The position numbers and the translations under genes are program-made. The notes below the pieces were generated by a model. That model did no database searches. It saw only the letters and a program-made list of their open reading frames with translations, and was not told the DNA's origin. A stretch of 64,000 nt of DNA from Spirochaetia bacterium. Lineage in GTDB: Bacteria > Spirochaetota > Spirochaetia > DSM-16054 > Sediminispirochaetaceae. The stretch covers positions 96,001 through 160,000 of the forward strand of contig JAXHMY010000009.1 of the NCBI GenBank assembly GCA_034520965.1. The letters are read 5' to 3'. This document shows, piece after piece, positions 9,787-21,104 of the stretch. Position 1 is the stretch's first letter. Each line of letters begins with the position of its first letter.

Positions 9787-9928
9787 CATGTTTATGCTTA
9801 TTAAATAAGATACAGTAGCCTTGAACTTCCATCACTTCCGTAACATTAGTTACATACTCAGCTTAATAAATAGGTTATGTTGAGCTAAAGACTCTTTTAG
9901 AATCTTTGAATTTTCGAGGGGGTAGAAG

Positions 9929-10508
9929 ATGAAATTGCAGGTGAGTAAAGATTTGCGAGACGAACACGAGGCCGTGCTGACGGGGCTTGAACTGCTGCAG
10001 GCGGTCGGACGCAGCCTGGAGAGACAGGGCGTGAGTGAAGAGGCGATCGAAGACGGCGAAAAGATGCTCGAGTTTTTTTCTGTTTTTGGGGATGGATGCC
10101 ATCATGCAAAGGAGGAGCGTTACTTCTTTCCCGAAGTCGAACGCCTCAAGCTGCCTTTCGATCAGGACAGAACAGATAAACTGGTGGAGGAACACGAGCA
10201 GGGGCGCGGTTACATAAAATCGATGCGGAAAGTTCTCGACTCACTTCGTACCAATGAGGTAAAAAATACATCGGATTTCGGCAGCCTGGCAGATGAGTAT
10301 ACTCGGATGCTCTCGGATCATATCGATGCTGGAAGATGAGCTGTTTCTCCACTACGATGCCGCGGTCTCTCCCGAGACAGACCGGCATCTGGCGGCGAAG
10401 TTCGACAAATTCGAAGATCAGGTGATGGGGGCAGGAGTGCACGAACGGTTCCACCGCCTGCTTGAAAGCTTGAGCGCCAAGTATCTTCAGGAGGGTAGGA
10501 CAGAATGA
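9929..10508 (+). pseudogene. Hemerythrin (HHE) domain protein, frameshifted near 10328
   Basis: LRDEH, CHHAKEERYFFP, EEHEQGR, DHI../EDELF split over two ORFs. Confidence 0.8.
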
Positions 10509-10614
10509 CTGTGGCTGTCTTAAAAGAAGCTTTGGCATCTGCGTACAAGGAGGATTAGGGTGCACCAGAGCTTGACATATACAAAAATAACTATTATGTT
10601 AGTTAACGATAACT

Positions 10615-11511
10615 ATGTTTAGAATTGATCAAGCAACTGCCGGAACCCGGCACTATTCACCAACCACACTCAAAACAGTTGCAAAAATAGAAGCACGCGA
10701 TCGAAAAATGCTGCTTGGTTTTGTCGTGGCCAGTACTGTGCTTATAGCCTTGGGGGAGTGGGCAGCATTTCACTATGGTATGGTAAATCGGTATGGTATC
10801 GTACCGGTTCTCCTGAGGGCGATTATTTATATTGCTGCTGCGAGCACCCTTTGGGCTCTGCTGCTTTCGGCCAACCGGCGCCATGTGGGGCGCCTCATGC
10901 AGCGTAATGAGCTGTATTTTCATAGCTTATTAGAGGCTTACGAAGGAGCATTAGAGCTAAAAGATTACTATACGGGCGGGCATGGACGGCGGGTTGCCGA
11001 GTATACCGCCGTACTGTGTAAAATCCTTGAATTGTCTGATGAAGAGTTCGAGCAGATAACTCATGCTGCTCTACTCCATGATATTGGTAAAATTGGCGTT
11101 CCCGACAGCATACTTACTAAACCGGCAGCTCTTACAGATGAGGAGTTTGCCTATATACGGCAGCATCCGGTAAGCGGTGCGAATCTGCTCGACAGGATAG
11201 ATGGATTGCAGGAATTATCACCGCTTGTACGGTACCATCATGAGCGCTACTCAGGAGGAGGGTATCCTAGTGGTTTGCAAGGTAAGGATATACCTTTCGG
11301 AGCCCGGATTATTGCGTTAGCCGATTCGTTTGACGCTCTCACGACGGTACGGCCTTACAAATCTGCGGTCTCATTCGAGCAGGCCTTCGAAGAGTTGTTA
11401 AGAGGCCGACAAACCCTCTATGACCCCGGTTTGGTTGATGCCTTCTCCTCCTCTTCTTCGTTCGATGCGCTTCGGGCTGTATTTGATAAGGTGAAAGACG
11501 GATTGCAATAA
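10615..11511 (+). CDS. Membrane-anchored HD-GYP phosphodiesterase
   Basis: YTGGH..RV, LLHDIGK, HHERYSGGGYP, ADSFDAL...RPY; two N-terminal TM helices. Confidence 0.95.
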   Translation: MFRIDQATAGTRHYSPTTLKTVAKIEARDRKMLLGFVVASTVLIALGEWAAFHYGMVNRYGIVPVLLRAIIYIAAASTLWALLLSANRRHVGRLMQRNELYFHSLLEAYEGALELKDYYTGGHGRRVAEYTAVLCKILELSDEEFEQITHAALLHDIGKIGVPDSILTKPAALTDEEFAYIRQHPVSGANLLDRIDGLQELSPLVRYHHERYSGGGYPSGLQGKDIPFGARIIALADSFDALTTVRPYKSAVSFEQAFEELLRGRQTLYDPGLVDAFSSSSSFDALRAVFDKVKDGLQ

Positions 11512-11780
11512 AAACTAATCGGACTTGAGCATGTGAACGAGAGCATCCGGTTTGAGAATGTGCAGTAGTTTCCCATCGGTTCGTATGAAAGGGCATCTAA
11601 AATCGAATGTCAACTGGGTCGGAAAGATTGATTGATTGCCACCAGTCACGGTGTTTCTGGCGGGAGAACCCCACTCAGATCGTGGAAAAATACCTCGAGT
11701 GGGCCGACAGTTATAAGAAAGCCTATGAGTACGGCGGCAATTTCGCTCGACAGGCGGCAGAAACACTCCTCTAGTAGGTC

Positions 11781-13077
11781 TTACTCCCAATCGAGAAGGC
11801 GATGCTCTCCGGAAAGTTTCTGGATTTCGGTAATGTCCTGTGAAACCTCGATCACTCCGCGGTAGGTTCCGTTCTTATCGAAGATGGGGTAGTAACGGAT
11901 ATGTATTACCCGGCCCTGAAAGTTGAGCCAGAACTCCGCCTTATCGCGCTCTTTGTTCTTGAAGGCCTGCACGATCTCCTTGACCACGTGAACACTCTTG
12001 GGGGGATGACACTTCTGCACGTCTCGTCCAATTATGGAAGGTGTACGGGGAAAGACTCTGTCGTCGGTTGCCGAGTAGTAGCGAACCTTATCGTGCTCAT
12101 CGACGTAGGTGATATCGAAAGGCAGATGCCGCAGCATGAGGTCCAACTGCTCCTGAGTTAAAAATCCCTCGTTCAAGGGTATTTGAATCGGTTTGTCTAA
12201 CATAATTCCTCCATCAGCTTTGTTCTGTATACCGGATTCGCCGCCGGGTAAGTAGTCGGCGATGTTCGGGCCGGCCTGTTCCTCAGGATGCTCCTGTCTA
12301 TAGCGCTTTATAGCCAGAGAAGGGTCCCACAGGCTGCCGGGCGTCGCCCAGCTGTAGCCTATCTCCTCCTCTTCACTGCGGATTGCCGCCCAGTCGATGG
12401 GGGTGAGTTTTTTCAGAGAAGTAGGATAGAGGATCTTCTCCTCCATAAATATCATCTTCTCCATCTTCTTCTTGAGGGCCTTGAAGAGACTCTTAATTTC
12501 GGAGGCGGGGCTGTCGCCCTCCAGCGCCCGTCTCAAGTACTTCATGGCATCGCGGATCTCGTCGTGTTTGCCCCACATAACCGTGGTTGGACCGGTAAAT
12601 CCCTTCGCCTCGAGTTTGGGAAAGAGCTGGTTCTCCTTGCGCTGGTAGTGCTTCTCGAAGGTAAAGAGCTCATCCACCTTCGAGCGTATCAGCTCTGTGG
12701 ATTCCGTATGCTCCTTTCCCTTCTTTTTCAGCTTTTTGACCAGTTCGTCCAGCTCGTCAATCCGCCTCTCCAGCTTTCGGTTTTCCTGCCGGTAGGTGTA
12801 AATCGGATGCCCGTCGACTTGGGCTTCGTCCTTAGTTTTTTTAAGCGAGTCTTCGAATACCTCGACATGCACCTCGCACAGGTCTTGTATCGAAGATGGT
12901 GGAAACCCCTCGTCTACCAACGACTGTTCCATCGCGGCGATTTCTTCCGCAGAGAGGTCCTCCAGCAGATCTGCGAATTCTTCTTTAAGATCGTGCACGG
13001 GTTGCCCCCGCATGCAATCGTTTGACAATCTGTTTCAGTTTCTCCTGCTTCTCTTCGTTCTGAAAAAACTCACTCAT
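11781..13077 (-). pseudogene. DUF438 / hemerythrin / PAS domain protein, frameshift near 12999
   Basis: MSEFFQNEEKQEKLKQIVKRLHAG from ATG 13077, then LCEVHV, GHPI, HYQRKENQLFP, VMWGKHDEIR, CHPPKS. Confidence 0.85.
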
Positions 13078-13530
13078 AGCCACCTCCATGGGGCATTATA
13101 TCATACAATCTCAACATGCTATTCGTGAATCCTATATCAAAAAAAGTTTCCTCTAATAAAAATTTTCTAATAGCCTTTACTATTTCATTTTCTAATCTTG
13201 GCTTATCCTGCTCATGTACTACATTCAGAACAGAGTTGCCAATAAAGTCTTTTGGAGAATAACCGAGAACATCCAGCATTGATGGGCTTACATATTCTGC
13301 ATGCAGTTATGAATCTATTTTCACAATAGCAATCTTTGGATGGTTTTCCAGTAGTTCAAAGATCGAATCGTTTTTATTCACCTTTCCCTTGGATGATCTA
13401 TGGGTTGTAGTATCAATAGCCTTTTCGCCGTATGGGCTTCAACGACCTCAAACCCATGTTTCTCTATCGTCTTTGCTTCATTCAGAGCAATTATGGCTTT
13501 GTCTTCCACCAGGAGGATTTCCTTCGACAT
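13070..13530 (-). pseudogene. Degraded receiver + PAS sensor remnant
   Basis: MSKEILLVEDKAIIAL receiver start; LGYSPKDFIGNSVLNVVHEQD PAS fragment; several disruptions. Confidence 0.6.
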
Positions 13531-13608
13531 CAGTATACCTATAATACAAAATGGAAATATTGGACAAAAATACGCCTATAGACTTTACTATTCAAGTAGG
13601 AATGGATA

Positions 13609-16519
13609 TCACTCTTCTTCAATTGGAAACCGAATAGTAAAGACCGGATTTGGCTTCTTTTGCAGATCTATAGTGCCGTCCAACTGAGCTACTAATGAGT
13701 TAATCAGTTGTAATCCAAGTGTGTCGGTGCTTTCAATTTCAATATCCTCGGGGAAAGGATTCCCGGTATTCGAAAGGGTGAGTTCATATTGAGTATTCTG
13801 TGTGTCCTTCTTCATTTCTATTGTAAAGACTGCCTCTTCTCTCTCGGAGAAACCGTGTTTAATCGCATTAGTAGCTATTTCATTTATTACCAACCCTAAT
13901 GAAATAGCTGTCTTTGTTGGAATGTATACATCTTCAACCTTATTGATTATTTGAACAGTTCTGCTTGAAGTAGAATAGAATATGGACTCTAAAATATCTT
14001 GAAAGTATTCTTTAACCTCAATTTGCCCTATATCATCCTGTTGGTGGAGTTTTTCGTGAACTAATTTGATTATCTCCATTCTCTGTCTTAAGTCGGATAA
14101 ATCATTCTCGATTTCCGATTCCTTTAAGCTTATCAGGGAAGAAATCATATTGAGGTTGTTTTTCGTTCTATGGTTTAACTCCTTCATATAATAGTCTTTT
14201 TGAGCTATTGTATTCACCAATTTTTCTTCAGTTTTTTTATGAGAAGTAATGTCTGTAATAAATCCTTCTATGTGATGAAGCTTATTCTCTGAAGTATATA
14301 TACCGATTCCCTGTTCCCACACCCATTTCAACTTACCGGTTTTGGTTGTAATTTGATATTGTAATTGAAAGTGCCGCATTTGTGTAAGAGCTGTTTGTAC
14401 AGCCTCCCATACATGCTCTTTGTCTTCTGGAATGATTAGTTCTCCATATGAGATTACTTGGTTTTCTTTTAGCTCCTCCGGCAAATACTCTGTGAGTGCA
14501 AAGGCTCCTTCACTTACAAACTCCATTGTCCAATTCCAATCGTTCTTCGATATATACGCAATCCCAGGGAGGTTACCCATTAAGGTTTCAAGCCGGCGAT
14601 TGATTTTCTTGACGTTATCTTCCGATCTCTTCTTGTCAGTAATGTCTCTTATAAGCCCTATGAATCCTGTGATGCGGTTCTCCACATCTTTTAAGAAAAA
14701 TACATTTGTCTCACCTAAAAATATAGTTTCATCCTTTTTTCTATAATGAACCGGAAATAAAAAGTCCTTCAGATCACCCTTGTGCTCTTTAATAGCCATC
14801 CCCATTTGATTGTATTCTTCTTCATTTTTGTAGATAGTCACTGTCTTCTTGCCTTGGAGATCTTCAAGGCTATACCCAAATAAATCTGTAAATGCCGGGT
14901 TACAGTCAATAATATTTCTATCGGTATCTGCAACGAGAATTGCATCTCGAATACTATTAAATAAGCCTCTGTACTTTCTCTCGTTTTCAGCGATTTGCCT
15001 ATCTTTCTCATATTGTTCGGTTACATCTCGAAAGACCAGTACAACCCCGGTGATGTTTCCTTCATCGTCCTTAATAGGTGCAGCACTGTCTGCTATCTGG
15101 TACTCATCGCCCTGCTTCGATATGAGCATGGTGTGGTTGGCAAGGCCTACTATTTCCCCATTTTCTAAAACTTTTTCCACCGGATTATTGACGAGTTCTC
15201 TGGTATCAGCATTTATGATGTGAAACGCCACACCAAGGTTTTCTCCTTTAGCCTCCTGAACAGACCATCCAGTAAGCATTTCTGCCACAGGGTTCATGTG
15301 TACGATTTTACCGTCGGTATCAGTGGATATAACTGCATCTCCTATGGAATTAAGAGTGGTACAAAGATTCTCTTCACTTTCTTGAAGTCGTTTCTCTCTT
15401 TGCTTTCTGTCTGTAACATCGCGTACTGATACAATAGCACCCTGCTTCCCTTTAAACTCTATTGGAATACCAATTGTCTCTACCCACACTGAAGTTCCGT
15501 CCATTCGTAGAAATTTTAAATCCGTTTTATCGGACACCGTCCTTCGTTCTACGTTGAGTTTTCTTATTCGTTCCAACGCAATGGATCTAAAAGCAGGATG
15601 AAGCCGATCGACGACCAGTGTACCGATTACATCAGATGCAGATGTGGCCCCAAATAGCTTGGCTGCTGCAGGGTTCAGATATGCAAACCGTGATTCTGTT
15701 TGAATAAACAGAGGTTCTGGGTTTTCCTCTACAATGGCACGAAATTGCTCTTCGCTTTTTCTTAAATTCTCCTCGGCTAAGTTCTTTTCGGTGACATCAT
15801 TGATGATCGAAAACAGAAGTTGCCTATTCTGTATTAGAATAGGGCTGGACCTTACTTCCACATCTCTTATTGAGCCATCAGCAATTTTATGCTTGAAATA
15901 GAATACATTCCGTTCTTCTTCCCGTGCTCTCTTCATCTCCTGTAATACTTCTTTCTCACTGAGCTGATTGATTTCTTGTATCTTCATGCTTGTGAGGACT
16001 TCAGGGGGCCATCGATAAAACTCCAAAGCTGCTCGGTTTACGTCTATTATATTCCCTGTCTCCGGCTCTATGAGCATCATTGGTGAATGGGAGTTATGAA
16101 ATACCGATTTATATCTTTTCTCTCTTTCTTTTACGTTTTGATGAGCTTCAAAGAGGTCAAACGCCATGTTTATGGTTTCTATAAGGACGAATTCTCCTGA
16201 GTTCTTCAGCACATAGCCATAACGGGTAATCTTTTTTACTTTATCCACATACTCTTTTTCGGAGTGGCTGGTATGAAAAATGATGGGAATTTCACGTGTT
16301 TTGAGTATCTGTCGGGGCAGCATCCGTCCCATCCATACCCTTACCCAGGTCGATATCCATTAGTATTAGTGAGATTGCTGGATCTTCCTGTACAATATAA
16401 ACGGCTTTTTCCCCCTGGTAAGCTGTGATTACTTCAAAATCATGCTTTTTAAGCATCTTAGCGGTGGTCATAGCTATAATGGCTTCATCTTCTACAAGGA
16501 GGATCTTTTTCTTCATCAA
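13609..16519 (-). pseudogene. Receiver + multi-PAS + HisKA_2 histidine kinase, frameshift near 16320
   Basis: ILLVEDE...LMDIDL receiver; about five PAS repeats; KELNHRTKNNL, NEIATNAIKHG, TLGLQLI. Confidence 0.85.
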
Positions 16520-16983
16520 AAATACCTTTATTTCATCGTAGTAATGGAGATTATAATCCTATTGATAGACATTCTCAAGGAAGGAATTATACCTTTGAAA
16601 ATTTATGACAGAGATTTTTATCAGGGAGGTTTTCATCAAGATTCCCGATTACCGTTCCTATTCCCGGGCGGCGCGGCGGGCCCTGCAGGAGTTTACCCTT
16701 CTCCTGGGACATCGATATAGAGGATGATGATTACTCCCTTTACGATCTCGGAGGAAGGATGATAGCGATTGCCGACCGGGAGCTTCCCCTGGTCACTTAA
16801 CCGGGGCCAAGCCTTAGAGTGCAAAGTCTCTTTGGAGCAAATTGGCGACCCGATTGGGGAGGACCGATTCCGGATAAGCGCGGCAAGTTTTATCCGGGAT
16901 TGCAGCTCTCCGGAGGATATAGAGAGGCGGATCGGCGGAATTCCACCGACTTATTGCGAAGGACCCCGCTGGACACTGGGGAA

Positions 16984-17196
16984 TCAATCCAGAAGCTCAT
17001 GGCCTGTGATGAACTTTTTTTCACTCTTCTTTGCATCATCAATATAGTTTTCTATAAACCGAATATCCTGAATATCTTCATATAACTCATACATCGATTT
17101 CTTGAGGAGTGTTGATTTATCCTCATGTAAGTATTCAGTGAGATATTCCAAAATTTTTTCCTCTTCGTCGTTCAATCTTACAGATACTACTGCCAT
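16984..17196 (-). CDS. DUF6290-like ribbon-helix-helix antitoxin
   Basis: MAVVSVRLNDEEEK..., EDIQD; overlaps the toxin stop. Confidence 0.75.
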   Translation of the reverse strand: MAVVSVRLNDEEEKILEYLTEYLHEDKSTLLKKSMYELYEDIQDIRFIENYIDDAKKSEKKFITGHELLD

Positions 17197-17459
17197 TTTT
17201 TATACACCTCCGACCTCTTTGCGATTGTCAGTACATACATATCCTCATCTTCAATTTTAAAGACGGCACGATATTTTCCTTTTCTTAGTCTATAGTAATT
17301 TACAGATGAATCAGAGACTAATTTCTTTATGTCAAATAGATTTAAGTCTTTTGTTGTGTCAATTGAAACAAAAGCATGAACAAAAAGCTGAGCAATCTCT
17401 TTTGGAAGTTTGCCCTTATCAATCTCTTTCTTGATATCTTCATCATAATAGACCATCAT
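17187..17459 (-). CDS. RelE/ParE family toxin
   Basis: DIKKL...YRLRKGKYRAVF...IAKRSEVYK. Confidence 0.85.
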   Translation of the reverse strand: MMVYYDEDIKKEIDKGKLPKEIAQLFVHAFVSIDTTKDLNLFDIKKLVSDSSVNYYRLRKGKYRAVFKIEDEDMYVLTIAKRSEVYKKWQ

Positions 17460-17657
17460 ATAAAATGTAGTGCAAAGTCATACACTGGTCAAGTTATTTT
17501 TATAGAAAATAAAACTTAAAATCTCAATCTGCGTTGTGCCGAGAACCATGGGGTGGTCAAGGTCTTGAGCACACAAATCTACAGGATACGAGAGTGAATT
17601 TCGCTTGCAATTACGGCATGTTGTTGTATATTATGATTATATACAGAAGGGGAGGCT

Positions 17658-18224
17658 TTGGTGGACTTTTCCAATATTGTAGGATTCGATTGGGATGAGA
17701 ATAAGTTCTATAAAAATATTGGAAAGCACAACGTTTTTGCTACTGAGGCTGAACAGCTTTTCTTCAATCATCCCTTAGTAGTTAAACGCGAGCTTAAGCA
17801 CTCCCGGATAGAAGAGCGATTTTATGCTTTGGGGCAAACAAATCATGATAGGTTACTTTTCATCGTGTTTATTATTCGTTCTGATAAAATCCGAGTTGTC
17901 TCGGTCAGAGAGATGAAAAAAGGGAGGCGAGAGTATATGAAGTCTAGAAAAAAAGAAATTCCTGAGTTTAATAATGAAAAAGAAGAACGTAAGTTCTGGG
18001 AAGATCATGATTCCGCTGACTTTTTGAAATGGGATGAGGCACAAATTGCCCGCTTTCCAGAACTAAAGCCGACGACAAAATCCATTTCCATCCGATTACC
18101 TCAAGACTTGATTGATGATCTAAAAATTTTGGCACACAGACGTGACATTCCTTACCAATCACTTCTCAAAGTCTTTTTAGCCGAGAAAATTGAGGATGAA
18201 TTTGGAAAGAAGCGGGGTGGCTGA
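17658..18224 (+). CDS. BrnT toxin + BrnA-like antitoxin read as one ORF
   Basis: FDWDENK..N..KH.V...EAEQLF, HS..EERF.ALG (BrnT); MKSRKKEIPEF...TKSISIRL...IPYQSLLK (antitoxin from 17937). One extra A in the A6 run near 17915 restores separate genes (MKKREARVYEV*). Confidence 0.8.
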   Translation: MVDFSNIVGFDWDENKFYKNIGKHNVFATEAEQLFFNHPLVVKRELKHSRIEERFYALGQTNHDRLLFIVFIIRSDKIRVVSVREMKKGRREYMKSRKKEIPEFNNEKEERKFWEDHDSADFLKWDEAQIARFPELKPTTKSISIRLPQDLIDDLKILAHRRDIPYQSLLKVFLAEKIEDEFGKKRGG

Positions 18225-18403
18225 CTCGCGCGTGATGCCTTTTAACGAACACCTATAGTGGTTATATGGCTGCACAGCTACGGTTGAGGCGAAAGATGAT
18301 ATTTTCCTTTTGTTCGCTAAACAGAACTCCCGAAAAAAAGACCTGGACATTGTTTCAAATATTATTATCTCCCTGGAAGATATCCGACAGCAGCTGTTGA
18401 GCA

Positions 18404-18545
18404 CAGGAATTCTAATTTTGTAAGTCTTTTGACTTCCAAAATTAGAATAACCTCAAACCCTTTAAGATAAATTACTTATCCTAAAGAAAATGTGAGCATT
18501 CTAAATTTGAAAATTTTAATAAAATTTTCAAATTTAGAATCGCTG
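18404..18545. mobile_element. 142-bp MITE-like element with 9-bp target duplication
   Basis: TIRs CAGGAATTCTAATTTTG / CAGCGATTCTAAATTTG; TGTTGAGCA at 18395-18403 and 18546-18554; internal palindromes. Confidence 0.8.
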
Positions 18546-18598
18546 TGTTGAGCATACAACTATTGTCTCTCTCTTTTAAGGGGTCTATACTTGCAGTA

Positions 18599-18859
18599 AT
18601 GGGAAAAGGTGTATGGATAGACGAGCTTTCAGACGTACTCTTCTGGGATGTAGAGCGCAAATCCCTGGATTCGCAAAAGCATATCCGCTGGATAATCGAA
18701 CGTGTTCTGGAAAAGGGAAATTATAGCGACTGGCTTGCATTAAAAACCAACGTGACAAAAGAGACGCTGGAAAAGGAGTTTAACCGGTTAAGGATTGATC
18801 CAAAATCACGGAATTTTTTGAGGCGATACCTGCATGGCACTGATCAGTTATCCCGATAG
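18599..18859 (+). CDS. DUF6922-like protein (partner of the AbiEii-type nucleotidyltransferase)
   Basis: LFWDV...LD..KH..WIIERVLEKG...DW. Confidence 0.8.
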   Translation: MGKGVWIDELSDVLFWDVERKSLDSQKHIRWIIERVLEKGNYSDWLALKTNVTKETLEKEFNRLRIDPKSRNFLRRYLHGTDQLSR

Positions 18860-19460
18860 TGTTGATCCGGTTTTACTGGATCTGCTGAGCTATGTGATTC
18901 AGGAAAAAGATCTGGAACCCTTTTTACTTGGAGGGGGGACCTCTCTGTCCCTCCGGTTTGGACATCGCTCTTCCGAAGATCTCGATTTTTTCTCCCGGGA
19001 GAAGTTCGATACAGACCGCCTGCAGAACTGTTTTGCAGACTCATTTCCGGATTCCAGATTTTAAACCGGACCGAAGGAAGCCTCTGCCTGATGGTACAGG
19101 GTATCAAGATTGATTTTCTCTTATCACCCTTATCCTCTTCTAAGAGAAGCGGATATCCGGGAGGGATCAAGGTTCCTCTCTCTACCGGATATATCGGCGA
19201 TGAAAATAAATGCAATTACAAGCCGGGGCTCAAAAAAAGATTTCTTTGACCTCTATCTTCTTCACCAGACTGGAATTTCCATCTCCACCAGCCTTGACCA
19301 TTTCTCCATGAAATATAACGGGAACAGGTTTCTTGCCCTCCGGAGCCTTCTGTGGTTCGAGGATGCGGATTCCGAACCGGATCCGATACTCCTTAACAAC
19401 TGGTCCTGGGAATATGTAAAAAAAGAGATTGCTGCACTTGTTGAAAAAATTATCAGCTGA
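18834..19460 (+). pseudogene. AbiEii/AbiGii nucleotidyltransferase toxin, frameshifted near 19060 and 19110
   Basis: FLLGGGTSLSLRFGHRSSEDLDFF; DISAMKINAITSRGSKKDFFDLY. Confidence 0.85.
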
Positions 19461-19885
19461 TACAGCATTTCGCGCCAGGGACCCGGAGGGCGCCGAAGGC
19501 GGTCCGGCGGAGGGGCGAAGGCCCGGAGCCGGACGGAAGGCGGGAGGGGCGCGCACGAAGTAGCGCCCCGACAAGCCGCCGAACCCCGGAGGAGGCCCGG
19601 CCCCCTGCCGGCAGGCAGGGGGAGGCACCCGGAAAAACCAGAGTTCTGGGAGGGTCATGATTCCGCTGACTTTTTGAAATGGGATGAGGCGCAGATTGCC
19701 CGCTTTCCAAAACTGAAGCCGACGACAAAATCCATTTCCATCCGATTACCTCAAGACTTGATTGATGATTTAAAAATTCTGGCACACAAACGTGACATCC
19801 CTTACCAATCACTTCTCAAAGTCTTTTTAACCGAGAAAATTGAAGATGAATTTGGAAAGAAGCGGGGTGGCTGACTCGCGCGTGA
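19232..19885 (+). repeat. 654-bp direct repeat, copy 1 (abiEii 3' end + GC-rich element + brnA 3' part)
   Basis: Colinear with 21793-22446 (offset 2561) with scattered substitutions; the brnA part also matches 17992-18235. Confidence 0.95.
19471..19635. other. GC-rich multi-hairpin non-coding element (second copy ~22032-22196)
   Basis: Stems CGCC-GAA-GGCG, GTCCGGC/GCCGGAC, GGGGCGC/GCGCCCC, CCCCCTGCC-GGCA-GGCAGGGGG. Confidence 0.7.
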
Positions 19886-19959
19886 TACCTTTTCCATCGC
19901 GAATATCGTTGCACGGTGATAAGTCGGCCTGGTTATAAAGCGGAAGGTCCGGCCGATTC

Positions 19960-20130
19960 TGCAAGTATGTGGAAAACTACTACGAGCAGTACGACAACGG
20001 GATCGTAATGTATAACGAGGGAAGAAGGGCGAGACATGGCCTTTCGATGATGGGGTCGGATTATACGCAGTGGCACGGCTTCTACGAGGTGGCGGAGTGC
20101 TTTTACATGGAACTCATACCGGAGGCGAGC
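19960..20130 (+). pseudogene. Fragments of an HAO-like multiheme cytochrome C-terminal region
   Basis: VENYYEQYDNGIVMYN joined to EGRRARHGLSMMGSDYTQWHGFYEVA..FY. Confidence 0.6.
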
Positions 20131-20134
20131 CTGC

Positions 20135-20459
20135 CGAAATGGAGCGTTTTGCCGAAGAGGTTGCAAAGGGGGATCTCTATATTGAACTGGAGGATGAGGG
20201 ACAAACCAGGGGCAAGGAGAGCACAGGGGTGTATAGGTCTCTCATCGGAATGCTCGATTCGCTGAAGATGAAGGCGGAAGTGTTGCAGAGCATCGCTGAT
20301 AAGGATCTTACGGTAGATGTGCAGAAGGCCTCCGATAGAGATGTCTTCGGGGAATATCTCATTACCATGAAGAACTCCTTGAATGAAATCCTTCTGCAGG
20401 TGTTTTCGGCGGTCGCTCAGTTCAAACTCGATCAGAGCTACAAAGGCATGGAAAACTGA
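20135..20459 (+). pseudogene. Methyl-accepting chemotaxis protein remnant (HAMP region + C-terminal tail)
   Basis: AEEVAKGDL, IADKDLTVDVQKASDRDVFG..L..MKNSLNEIL, VAQFKL; signalling domain missing. Confidence 0.65.
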
Positions 20460-20495
20460 ATAAAAAAACTTCTGGTCATGGAGTAAGAGTTCTCT

Positions 20496-20830
20496 TAATT
20501 ACCCCATACTCGATATGTTTCATTCCACGCCCTAACTAATGCCTTCGCTGCTTCTCTCACATCCTCTTCGCTAGTGTCCCGACCGAGAGATAGCCGAACC
20601 GCACCGAGGGCAACTTCCCTTTCTATTTTCATAGCCTGTAAAACCTCGGAGGGACTCTCCACATCCTCATGACAGGCGGAGCCGGTCGAAGCCGCAAGCT
20701 CGGGAGCTGTAGCCAGCAGGGTGTTGCCGCTTACTCCGGGAAATGAGACGTTCAGCGTATTGGGAAGACGTTCTTTCCGATGACCGTTTAATCGCAGCTG
20801 TGGTATTTTATCGAGGAGAGAGAACAGCTG
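20496..20830 (-). pseudogene. Cysteine desulfurase (NifS/IscS-like) 3' fragment
   Basis: Manual translation: LNGHRKERLPNTLNVSFPG...AASTGSACH...SEVLQAM...GAVRLSLGR. Confidence 0.8.
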
Positions 20831-20985
20831 CTCGAGTTCTTCTCCGGTAAGCTCGGCGGCACAGACCTCGGTTACTCTCCTGATGTAGCACTGTTGTTCG
20901 AGTTTGGCTAGACCTTTAGCTGCGGTAGCCTTGTCTATGTCGGTTTTACTGCTAATCTAGTTTTGAGTGATGCCAGGTGATCGGT
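20830..20985 (-). pseudogene. MarR regulator fragment
   Basis: PGITQN*ISSKTDIDKATAAKGLAKLEQQCYIRR, with an internal stop. Confidence 0.55.
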
Positions 20986-21104
20986 GAAGAAGAAAGAGGA
21001 AAAAATGCTGCCCGCTGCCGATAAGCTCAAACAGACAGTAGTTTGGGGCCGTGCCGGTCTGCAGCCCTTGAGCAAATGGGAGTTGCCCTCTCGATTAACA
21101 GACA

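Noticed and set aside
16584..16983. Coding genes in the short + strand ORFs
   Set aside because: Probably more gene debris, but I cannot assign a family
17658..18224. Novel BrnT-BrnA fusion protein
   Set aside because: One extra A in the A6 run restores a normal BrnT C-terminus and overlapping antitoxin start; the window is rich in such indels
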